Source: Podarcis vaucheri
Taxonomy: Eukaryota
NCBI GenBank assembly: GCA_965113315.1
Contig: OZ220365.1
Length of the DNA: 64,000 nt
Reading direction: 5' to 3' (one strand)
The notes beneath the pieces are model-generated. The model did no database searches. It saw only the letters and a program-made list of their open reading frames with translations, and was not told the DNA's origin. Position 1 is the first letter of the stretch. Each line of letters opens with the position of its first letter. Of this stretch, positions 36,201 to 56,887 are shown one piece after another. A program made the position numbers and the translations under genes.

Positions 36201-39200
36201 CAGACAGATTCTGTAAGGCTATCTTGTTGCAAGAGATCGGGCAAGAGAATAGGCGATCTCCCCCTGCCTCCCAAACTCAGTTCTCTTTAAAGGAGATAGA
36301 TAGAATAGCTTGTAGCTTATAATACATTGCAAATATGACCCTTGAGACTAAGCACCTATCCCAGCTCATTCTCTGCAGGTGCTCAACTGAAAACTAACCT
36401 CAGATATGAAGTAAAGAGTACCTCTGTGTCGGTAAAGTCGTGCGGAGGGTTTTAGCTGAATAGCTTTAGTGAGGTCAGCCAGCGCTTCACTCATTTGACC
36501 CAGAGGAGACAGTATCTGTAAAACCAAGATAATACTTTGAGCAAGATTGTACAAATAATCCTTCATTTTCAAAATGATTTTAGGTAGCAATATGTAATAA
36601 CTATGCACAAAAAATTAATTTTGCGTTGAGTAATTAAACAAGTGCATTATTTACATAAAAAAGTTGTACATTAAAATTGGAGATTGGAGCACATGCATAT
36701 ATTACATTACATCTATTTAACTTTAAAAAGCAGACTAAGTCCTATTAATTTTGTCAGGTATTAAAGGGCTGAAGGAGAAAAAGTGGGTTTGGGTTTTACT
36801 GAAATGACGTATTTCTTCCTACTAAATTTTTTCTAAGCCCATCTGTATAGCTTAAAAGAAAATTGTTGCATTTATTATTACAAGCATCCTTCTATACATT
36901 AACAAAGAAAATGAAGAGTTAATGACATTCACGGACCCTCTGAAGGCTGACAGCTACAAACACTAGTGTAATTATGCTTTTCAATAGAAATAAAATACCG
37001 GTCAACAATAGAAAGTGTCCTTTCATACTGCATCACGGTGTGGTACGCTGGTTTGACATCATCTGATAGGAAGCGCCTACAGAGCATGGTGAATACAGCA
37101 CAAGATATTATGGGCTGTCCCGTGAATCCGCTGGATGAAATAGCGGAAGAACGTTGCCTCAGGAGAGTGAGTAGCTTTGGTATTTTTATTCTATTTTATT
37201 TTTGTCTTAATGTATTGATAGCTGTATATTGATTAACATCAAATCTTAATTCATATATTATTAGGAATATGACCAAGAACTTTCAACAATAAACATATAG
37301 AAACATACAGAAAATAACTGGATAAACAAAATAACAATAAGGTATAGATAAGGTATAGACATCAGAAAATCTTTTAAAAGTGGAAGAAATACCTCTGCTC
37401 GCTGCTCAAACACTTCAGCTTGATCTGGGACCAGACTAATGACTCTGCTCAGCTCAAACAAAGCTAGCTCTGCATTTTTTATATCCTTAAAAATGGGGGG
37501 GGGGGAAATATGTAAGTAACAATGTATGCTTAGTCATAGGGAGGTTATGGTGACAATTTTTAAATGGTACAACACTCAGTGAATCAAAATTCTTGGTTTC
37601 ATCATGGAATATTTTGATGTGTGATAAGAGTCACATACATGCAACATCAGAACAAACAAGGCTAAGTATTCCAGTTACTATGGGACCATCGTGAATCTGC
37701 TATTGCCAGGGCTGGCCTGCCCATGAAGCACCATGAGGCAACTGCCTCAGATGGTAGAAGGGAAATAAAAATCTTTATATTTTATCGTTATTGTAGTTGC
37801 AAAAATAATATGTATCCTAAAAAGCAATCGGAAGTGAAGGGACTGTACAAATAACTTCTGGGTTTGGAATAAGTACATTCCTCTTGAGCAAAAATCATTG
37901 GCTAGAGCAGGGGTTGTCAACCTGGTCCCTACCACCCACTAGTGGGCGTTACAGGATTCTAGGTGGGCAGTAGGGGGTTCTACGGCACAAGCTGAATCCT
38001 CCTTCCATCAAGCACTGGTGGGTGGTAAGGAAATTTTAACATCAATAAAGATACATTAGTGGGCGGTAGGTATAAAAAGGTTGACTACCCGCGGCTAGAG
38101 TGCCATGACCACTGCCGGGGGAACTGCTTCCCTGGAAGTGGAGAGTATGGAGTCATGGAGTTGAATAGAAGGAAACGTCACACAACTGATGTTGTCCACT
38201 AAAAATGTGCAGATTGACAGCAGTGTCTGATCCCAACAATCCTGAAGGAAAAGAGAATCCTTCACACGGCTGTCTAGAACCAACCAATACCAACCCCCGC
38301 CTCATTATTGCAAATCTTCTGTCTTAGGCAAAGTTGCAATTCTAACCGCTTACTGTAAGAAACAAATAGAGGCCCCAGGTTCAGGAGCAGTCTATTCTCT
38401 GAGTACCAGGTGAGGTGACTTTTTTTTGTTCACCTCAAGCACCAAAATGCCTTAGGCCAGCCCTGGTGAATGCATATATATTATGAAATTCATTATCATG
38501 TGCGGCTTTAAAAATTCCTTCCAGTAGCACCTTAAAGACCAACTAAGTTAGTTCTTGGTATGAGCTTTCGTGTGCATGCACACTTCTTCAGATGAAGTGT
38601 GCATGCACACGAAAGCTCATACCAAGAACTAACTTAGTTGGTCTTTAAGGTGCTACTGGAAGGAATTTCTTTATTTTGGCTTTAAAAATGTTATACTCAC
38701 ATGCAGCCCTTTCTTTCCATATGCTATCCCTCGTCCATAAATTGCACTAACAAGCTCTGGTTGCTCCTATTTGAAGCAAAATAAAATAATCTTTAGAAGG
38801 TTCCACTTGTCCTAATAGTGAATGCTACATTCCATCATACATAACCAAAGCCAAAATTCATGCATTTCATCCACATTCATTTGCATTTCTAAGGAGTTCC
38901 TTTGGGCTTCTGCATACAATTAAAGAGCAGCTTGGTGGGCAGTTTTACACAGAAGATGCTTAAAAGGGGAAACTACTATAGGAGTGGAGTGTGTGTGCTC
39001 CTTTAGTCTTTGCACTGTCTCTGTAAACTCCTTATTAACCTCTGCAGTTTTATTACTTTAAAAACCATTGCTCATTTCAGACCTCTTCTTTGCTATACTG
39101 TAGTTGCAAATCTCATTTCATATTCATATATTAAATAATACATTCTGGTACATTCTGGTACATTTCCCACTGCCACTAAAATCAGCTTTAGGTGGCTGTG

Positions 39201-42200
39201 AATTTGAGTAGAAGAATAGTAGCACTATTGAACTCTTTCTCTGCCAGCCATTTTCCCCACTCAAAATCATACATGGACACACATGTCATATCTAGTTTGA
39301 GACTTGCAGCAGTTATGGACTAAGGAATTCAACCTACCAAAAGCTTCCAGCCTGAACTTTTACAATAGTGTAATCATACTGGGCTGTGATTCGGAGTAGA
39401 CATGCCTGCTCGATTATAGTTTGTGAAATTTTCCTATCAAGACCCCAAGAAGTTGCATGTCAAGTTAAGCTAAGTTGCCTCCCCATGTAACATTTCCATA
39501 ACAGTCAAATCCCTCTTCACATCAACCTATATCCTTCTGTTTACATTTTTAACTCTGTTACCTTCAAGGAGTTCTGCCTCAGACCCATTTCCCTTTTATA
39601 GATTCAAGTTTCCATTCCATCCATCCATCTTCAATTATGTTACAGTATATAGGCTAAGCCAGGGGTCAGCTAACTTTTTCAGCAGGGGGCTGGTCCACTG
39701 TCTCTCAGACCTTGTGGGGGGCCAGACTATATTTTTTTTGGGGGGGAATGAACGAATTCCTATGCCCCACAAATAACCCAGAGATACATTTTAGATAAAA
39801 GCACACATTCTACTCATGTAAAAACACACTGATTCCTGGACTGTCTGCGGGCCGGATTTAGAAGGCAATTGGGCCGGATCCAGCCCCTGGGCCTTAGTTT
39901 GTCTACCCATAGGCTACGCAGTTTCTGCCATCTGTCACTCTTCTCTAGGAAGGCAGGTATTCTACCTTGGGGAGTTCTACTATCTAAGTCTAAAACTGCA
40001 ATGTAATAGGAGTGAAAAATCACCTGGAGCATTGTGGAGAAGTGCCGCACAGCTTCATCATAAAGGCCACTGCCAATCAATACATAAGCGAAAGCTGTCA
40101 AAATAGTGTTATGGGTTAGTGTTATGTTATGAATTCCACATTTGCCATGCATATAAGAATTGCTGAATACCTGCCAAAGAGTTTAATTGAGGGGTATGAT
40201 TTCTGAAAAGAGAGTTTTGAATAGAAGTTATTTCATAAGCTATCAAATACAACATAATAATAAGGAAATAGTTTCATTAAAGTATCAACATTTAAAATAT
40301 TCAGTGATTTTTTTCCCCTGTAAAGCGTAGCCCAAGGCTTGAAACCACACTTTGCATCACTGTACACTTTTGGGTAATTTAAAATTTCCACTTGGCAGCA
40401 ATAAGTAACAAAGAAAAACATTCCAATCCCACCCATTTAAATGGTCCCCGATTCAATCTCTGGCATCTATGGGGGTAACTGAAGTGCAAACAGGCAATCT
40501 GGATAAAGCCATAGAAATATTCAATAAAGATATTAACCTAGCTTCTCCACATAGGACTGAGAAAGCCTGGAAAGCCACTCCATCTTAAAGTCTGTGTCTT
40601 TAAGTCTTTAATGTGGTTTCCCATTAAACAGCATCACTACTGCAAGGAGTTTTAGCTGTACAGTGGACCTTCCCTGCCTATACATCCCCTGTGAGCCCTG
40701 TAAATCTGCTCCAGAAGGCAAGTCTATAAACATTTACCTGGGAATAAGTCCCACTGAAGTCAGTGGACTTGCTTCCAAGTAGACATACTTACAACTAGTT
40801 GACTAAAGTACCACTGAAAGCAGAGAAGTCCAGTGTTATGTGTAAATAAAAATGCTCACAGGATAATGACAGGGTGGCAGTGCAATGCCGCTAGACTAGA
40901 AGACCAACTCCAGGATGGATGCTATAAGCAGCTGGAACAAGCAAGATTGGTGACAGGTTAAAAGTGAAGCTGGATTCACATGTGCAGGCCTGTGTTTGTG
41001 TTTCACCTATGTGGTTATCTCTACTATAAAGATAAGATAAAAGTCAAATGGTTAACACATCCAACTGCATGTATGAATCTACCCACAATAATTATTACAT
41101 AAAGACTCAGCATGAGCATAACACTGGAGAATTCAGGTTAAGAGGACAGAATGCAAAAATGAATTATTTTATAAGTGTCAATGGGCAGACTCCAATGTTA
41201 CACAAGCAGCCTTCCAAACCTGTGACAGGAATTTCACCATCCTCCAAAATCTGTCCTCCAGCACACCAACCTTCTAGAGCAGATTTTTCAGGTATGTGGA
41301 GGGCTGCCAGGAAGGCAGGGTGAAGCGGGATGAGGGGACCATGAACTCCCACTGCATAAGTAATAGTCTGGTCCACTCAGACAGGACTGAATACAACCTA
41401 ATGCTCTTCATCTTAATTTTATTCTGTGGACAGTCATGGTCAAGTATTTAAAAATGAATTAGGATTATTAGATCTCAGTACCACTAGTTTCAGAACATTT
41501 TGCAGCACTCATAAGTGATATAATTCAACTATATATAGCTACTACCGATCACCAACCACACACAGAACCTCTTACCTAATTCTTCATTGGTATTGTCATC
41601 ATCTGTGGCAAATGGAAATCTTTTTTGTTCTGCAAGTGACTTTGCTTGACTCTGCAAAACATTTACCAAATTAAACTAATACCACCAAAATAAAAATTGA
41701 GGACATGAACAAACCAAAGTTAAATTAAGTCTCAATGACTTCCCTGCAACAGTGTCAAGCAAAGGCTTAATTCTACCATGGAAATCATGTGACTTAAAAA
41801 TGCTTAGCTAGATTGGGTCCAAAGTGCTTATCACATCAAAATTTAACACCAGATAAAGCAAGAACAGTTGGTTCTAATGGATCTGGAAAATAACATATAT
41901 TCTTTAAAACAAGTTAAAATATTTATAGTTTCAGTGATATTCATAGTTCAAATACTGTTAGCATCTTAACCTCTACAGTCTTCAAACAGTGTATGTAATC
42001 TAATAAATTTGATTTCCTTTCCTTTGGATTGATAAATACATTTCTTAAGTATTATGATCATTGTAATAGATATGTCACTTCAGCAAAAATTCATCAGCAG
42101 TCTCCTTGCTATACACAGTGAACAAATAAACATACCAAAAGTTTTTCAGTATTGAGGGAAAGCAGGGATTCACAAGAGGGAGACCTTTGTAGTTCACAGT

Positions 42201-43684
42201 CTGAGTCATGAAAGTGCAAAAAAGAAGAATCTAAAATGGAAAAATTTTCACTGTTAATTGGTATGCTCAGCTTAGAACGGCTACAGAATTTGGACACTAA
42301 GGAATGCAGTGCTAATTATACAACTGTTCACATGGAAAGAACATTTCTAGGCTAATAGTTCAAATATTGCACCTTGTGTTATGGGATGCCATACAACGGC
42401 TAAACGTACCTTTTTTGTGTATAAGACTATTTTTTCAAGTTTAACACGGATATTGCATATGGGAGATTTCTTTATTTGGAGTCTCAAAAAATAGGGGGCG
42501 TGTTATACACGGGGAAATGCAGTAAATAAAGAACACTCTACATGTTTAGGTGTGCACCTAGATGAGGTAAAATGTGCAAGGAAACTTTAGTTCCTTGCTC
42601 TTGAATGGAACGAAATCCAAGTACGTAGGTGCACTTTAATTTGCCCTTGCCTTCTCCTTCTTCTGCTGTTTAACTGTATACTAGGTCCCCGCAATGAAAC
42701 ATCAGAAGGGGAAGGCAAGGGCAAATTAAAGTGCACCTACGGAGTTGGATTTCGCTTCATTGAAAGCGCCTCAGGGCTTCGGTTTATGACATTCTGCAGA
42801 GCGCGGCAAGCAAAGAGAAGAGTCAGGAAGAGCTTTCCGCTTCTCCGCCGCTACTCAAAAGAACTTGACAGGTGAATTTGCACGAGCCGGTTTGGCCCCT
42901 TGGGAGAGGAGGCGGCGGCAGCAGCAGCAGGAGGAGCAGCAGCAGCTCATCACTCAACACAGCCGCTTTCTAGCCAGCCGAGACTTGCCGCCTCTCCCTT
43001 AAGCAAGCGGAGCGGAGCACACTTCGGAAAGAGAAGCGAAGGGCGCGCCCTGCCCTTCTTCCCCTCAGGCCCGGTCCACACATGCAGTGGAATGAAGTGT
43101 CAAGTCATAAGGAGGCGGAGAGCCGGGCTGTACCACTTCAAAATGCAGGCGCGGAATATGAAATTGCTGGGAGGTGGGGTGGTCCTCTAGGTAGATAAGA
43201 GCCAAAGCAAAGCATGGAAGGCTCTAGCAGAGACCCCTCTGCCTGTTGGGCTCAGAGAGCTTCTTATCTCCCCCCTCCACCTGTGCCCTGAAATGGTACA
43301 GCCCACTCAGCCGCCTCAGGATCCCGCCGCCTCAGGAAGGACCCGAAGAGGGAGGAGGGCAGCGGCGTGGCTCCCCCTCCCCGCCAGAAAGCCGAGCAAC
43401 CGCCGCTGGCTCTTTCCTCCCTCCCGTCACTCACCACAGTCGCCGGCTGCGGCCGCCGCGTACTGTTCCCCTCCCCACTCAGCCGCCAGGAACTCCGGGC
43501 AGGCTCTGCTCCCTTGGCCCTGCTGACGGCGCGGCTCCTGCCTAAGAAGCGATAACGACGGGTACTGCTCCGTCAGGGCGAGCGCCAGCCGAGTCGCCGC
43601 CAGCAGCCACAGCAGCGTCGAGAGCAGCCCCGACGGCGCGCTGACACTTGGCCAACGGCCCCCGAACGCAGCGGCAGGTGCCAT
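15158..43684 (-). CDS. TTC13: Tetratricopeptide repeat protein 13, whole gene span (23 coding exons, 2559 nt CDS, 852 aa)
   Basis: 23 exons joined with GT-AG sites and continuous phase give one open frame from MAPAAAFGG to HCLKRL*, matching recalled human TTC13 throughout; hydrophobic N-terminal signal-like segment then TPR repeats. Confidence 0.96.
16013..16092 (-). CDS. TTC13: TTC13 exon 22
   Basis: LIDFEAMTAAGSEAFSKVTKDWLNLK; tccag| and |gtaaa. Confidence 0.95.
17153..17231 (-). CDS. TTC13: TTC13 exon 21
   Basis: VVAYSIVMGALMASGKEVSGKIPKGK; cacag| and |gtacac. Confidence 0.95.
17732..17811 (-). CDS. TTC13: TTC13 exon 20
   Basis: ESDAVCSLILSLVYYFYNLMPLSRGS; cttag| and |gttag. Confidence 0.95.
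18225..18460. mobile_element. MITE with GGGTTGGATCCAGAG-type TIRs
   Basis: GGGTTGGATCCAGAG...CTCTGGATCCAGCCC (14/15 inverted match). Confidence 0.55.
19416..19585. mobile_element. Tc2/pogo-like MITE (short variant)
   Basis: TA|CCGTATTTTT...AAAAATACGG. Confidence 0.82.
19611..19746 (-). CDS. TTC13: TTC13 exon 19
   Basis: IGNILFSVETQTTEERTQLYHAEIDALYKDLTTKGKLLVSSAESG; ttcag| and |gtaag. Confidence 0.95.
20590..20699 (-). CDS. TTC13: TTC13 exon 18
   Basis: QLHSKTRDGFTVNTKVPSLKDPGKEYDGFTITITGD(K); tandem acceptor aag|CAG, donor |gtaag. Confidence 0.93.
20789..20891 (-). mobile_element. Sauria SINE 3' fragment
   Basis: AGGTAAAGGGACCCCTGACCATT...GGGGTTGCGGCGCTCATCTCGCTTTA is the reverse complement of the Sauria SINE tail. 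Confidence 0.8.
21898..21982 (-). CDS. TTC13: TTC13 exon 17
   Basis: ANNHKELVDVREALEQVQKVEDLLPIMK; tttag| and |gtagt. Confidence 0.93.
22155..23085 (-). mobile_element. RTE-clade LINE, decayed 3' part of ORF2
   Basis: Frameshifted PTLFSIFFSLLLSYAF (RT), WESLADDSSAWRQ (C-terminus) and RTE-like 3' end. Confidence 0.75.
23700..24500 (-). mobile_element. Possible decayed L1-like 5'/ORF1 region
   Basis: Strongly purine-rich - strand with broken Lys/Glu-rich coiled-coil-like frames; family not confirmed. Confidence 0.35.
24635..24718 (-). CDS. TTC13: TTC13 exon 16
   Basis: GQIVNIRYLEYFEKMLHFIKDRILVYH; tgcag| and |gtaaa. Confidence 0.95.
27022..27114 (-). CDS. TTC13: TTC13 exon 15
   Basis: IADPDQPVLWLDQMPAQSLSRGFNNHINLI(R); tacag| and |gtatg. 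Confidence 0.95.
28179..28311 (-). CDS. TTC13: TTC13 exon 14
   Basis: AMGLAVIEVMQAVQRTWVNSKVRINGKTRLMQWRDMFDIAVKWR; ttcag| and |gtaat. Confidence 0.95.
28426..28773 (+). mobile_element. Sauria SINE, full length, 13-bp TSD
   Basis: GGGACGCG head to (ACCTTT)n tail; TATGCATGCCCTT at 28413-28425 and 28774-28786. Confidence 0.93.
29081..29211 (-). CDS. TTC13: TTC13 exon 13
   Basis: DVLLQKFENYKPEMQEIICVADQLGSLMQYETPGFLPNKRVHR; ttaag| and |gtacac (not in ORF track). Confidence 0.93.
29377..29620 (-). mobile_element. Older Penelope-like terminal fragment with degenerate hammerhead motif
   Basis: Diverged copy of the 38.5/58.9 kb repeat, extending about 150 bp further, with an (ATAA)n tail; core GAAA mutated to AAAA. 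Confidence 0.72.
29700..30370 (-). mobile_element. Non-LTR retrotransposon 3' fragment (C-terminal Cys/His knuckle region)
   Basis: HRAFMLPRLN.FPSA...GRY...RHCGC...II FYCPLY resembles LINE ORF2 C-termini; clade uncertain. Confidence 0.55.
31150..31678. mobile_element. Tc2/pogo-like MITE (long variant, GC-rich interior)
   Basis: TA|CCGTATTTTTCGCTCTATAAGA...TCTTATGGAACAAAAAATACGG|TA. Confidence 0.85.
31681..31991. mobile_element. Tigger/mariner-like MITE with internal (CCGCTAA)-like minisatellite
   Basis: TA|CAGTGGTGTCCCGCAAGA...TCTTGCGAGGCACCACTG|TA. Confidence 0.85.
31999..32155 (-). CDS. TTC13: TTC13 exon 12
   Basis: EYSRYLHAHLDTPLTEYNIDMDLPGKFKDHWAKNLPFLIEDYEEQPGLQPHIK; cacag| and |gtaagt. 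Confidence 0.95.
32275..32438 (-). mobile_element. tRNA-derived SINE
   Basis: - strand GCCATAGATCAGTGGTAGAGCATG (A box)...CAGTTCAATCCC (B box), tail AGTATAAAGCAACTTC. Confidence 0.65.
33110..33227. mobile_element. Short hAT-like MITE
   Basis: CAGTGCTATTTT...AAAAAAGTCCTG ends, internal GAGGTGC(T/C)GGAAC repeats. Confidence 0.5.
33272..33446 (-). CDS. TTC13: TTC13 exon 11
   Basis: RCLQLEPYNEVCQYMKGLSHVAMGQFYEGIKAQTKVMLNDPLPGQKASTEYLKVKYLR; tctag| and |gtaag. Confidence 0.95.
33930..34071 (-). CDS. TTC13: TTC13 exon 10
   Basis: ELGNFEAATENFQKALMLNQNHVQTIQLGGMMLYHHGSLNEALKNFK; tttag| and |gtaag. Confidence 0.95.
34581..34663 (-). CDS. TTC13: TTC13 exon 9
   Basis: EAIESFKEALKQKADFIDAYKSLGQAY(R); cccag| and |gtaag. 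Confidence 0.95.
35477..35587 (-). CDS. TTC13: TTC13 exon 8
   Basis: DYSSAHEDFQNSLELNKNQPIAMLYKGLTFFHRGLLK; cacag| and |gtaat. Confidence 0.95.
36399..36515 (-). CDS. TTC13: TTC13 exon 7
   Basis: ILSPLGQMSEALADLTKAIQLKPSARLYRHRGTLYFISE; tacag| and |gttag. Confidence 0.95.
37005..37170 (+). mobile_element. Rex1/Babar-like LINE ORF2 fragment
   Basis: IESVLSYCITVWYAGLTSSDRKRLQSMVNTAQDIMGCP resembles the Rex-Babar RT C-terminal region. Confidence 0.6.
37393..37485 (-). CDS. TTC13: TTC13 exon 6
   Basis: DIKNAELALFELSRVISLVPDQAEVFEQRAE; ttaag| and |gtatt. Confidence 0.95.
37908..38092. mobile_element. hAT MITE with 8-bp TSD
   Basis: GGCTAGAG at 37900-37907 and 38093-38100; TIR CAGGGGTTGTCAACCT / AGGTTGACTACCCGC. 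Confidence 0.85.
38516..38677. mobile_element. Inverted pair of Penelope-like terminal repeats carrying a hammerhead motif, 12-bp TSD
   Basis: Perfect 75-bp arms 38512-38586 and 38594-38668 with 7-nt spacer; GGCTTTAAAAAT at 38504-38515 and 38678-38689. Confidence 0.82.
38701..38766 (-). CDS. TTC13: TTC13 exon 5
   Basis: EQPELVSAIYGRGIAYGKKGLH; aatag| and |gtgagt. Confidence 0.95.
39660..39911. mobile_element. hAT-like MITE (inverted copy of 4324-4577)
   Basis: CAGGGGTCAGC end; near-TSD GGCTAAGC/GGCTACGC. Confidence 0.82.
40024..40094 (-). CDS. TTC13: TTC13 exon 4
   Basis: AFAYVLIGSGLYDEAVRHFSTMLQ; gacag| and |gtgat. Confidence 0.95.
41576..41651 (-). CDS. TTC13: TTC13 exon 3
   Basis: SQAKSLAEQKRFPFATDDDNTNEEL; ttgcag| and |gtaag. 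Confidence 0.95.
42136..42230 (-). CDS. TTC13: TTC13 exon 2
   Basis: DSSFLHFHDSDCELQRSPSCESLLSLNTEKLL; ttttag| and |gtatg. Confidence 0.93.
42611..42754. repeat. Long imperfect inverted repeat (hairpin)
   Basis: Perfect 31-bp arms 42624-42654 and 42711-42741, with imperfect extension on both sides. Confidence 0.85.
43435..43684 (-). CDS. TTC13: TTC13 exon 1
   Basis: MAPAAAF...LALALTEQYPSLSLLRQE...GDC; ATG 43684, G|gtgagt donor. Confidence 0.88.
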
Positions 43685-43970
43685 CTTCCCAGCGCGCCTG
43701 CGCACAGTAACTTAACTTTTTTGCGTTTCCCTCTTTTGCGCCGGGACCCGGCGAGGAACGGGTGGACCGGGTTGCTTTCTGGGAATTGTAGTTTGTAGCC
43801 GGGTCTCCGCGGAGCTTCGAGAGGCTCGTGAACTACGAAGACCAAGATGCTCTGCGGCTGCTCCTGTTTCCCCGCTTCTGCTCGCGGAACCAGGAAGTGA
43901 ACGAGGCCGAGGAGAGGGGACGGCCGTTTCTGTGGCAACGGGATCTTGCGACTCAGGGCTACCGAGGGAG

Positions 43971-56194
<12,224 letters not shown>

Positions 56195-56881
56195 AGCAAT
56201 CTTGATTTAGTTTGTTTTAGGTGGAATTACTTGAAGATATAAAGGAAATGATGTTTTTTGAGTCATTTATTTTGCCACTGTTTACTACCTGTTCGTTATA
56301 AATGCAGTGGTAAAGAGACAATGAACATAAAAAAAAAGTTCCATGCTGAAGAGGAGATAGTAATATGAAAAGTGCAATGATGCACTGATGGAATGTAGTT
56401 AGTTCTATAACATACTTCAGTATTTTTCATTTGTCAAAAATGTATTGGACTGGTGGTACTGCTGTCCTAGATATTTATGGATCCAGTTGTGGTCCATTTT
56501 TCTACTACACTGTTTAGTGTTTTGTATTTTAGAAAAGCCTGATTAGTAGTTTATGAGGGGGGAGGGGGAGCATTTGTGGAAATGAAGACAAAATGATATC
56601 CTATGACACCTAGTCTGACCACCTTTTGAAAGCTGTTACAGCAGAATGAACAGCAAACCAATGCTTATGACATGGCATACAGATTGCAGTAAAGTTAAGG
56701 CTGAAATCCTCTGTTTACCTATGAGTAAGCCCCATTAAATTTGGTGGGGCTAACTTCTGAGTAGACAAGTGTAAGCCTGGAGCACTTGCTTCCTTTGCAA
56801 GGATATTGATATTGCTGGCAGCTGCACTACTTATTTGAGGGATAACCACATTTTAAATTTGATGTTGATACATCCTCAAAT

Positions 56882-56887
56882 AATAAA
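56882..56887 (+). terminator. Candidate ARV1 polyadenylation signal (AATAAA)
   Basis: AATAAA about 690 nt after the stop, followed by TG/T-rich sequence. Confidence 0.4.

Noticed and set aside
43685-43705. Upstream extension MRRRAGK of TTC13 (and MATGS... of ARV1 at 43932)
   Set aside because: The ORF track used non-ATG starts; the first ATGs at 43684 and 43971 have good context and match the known proteins
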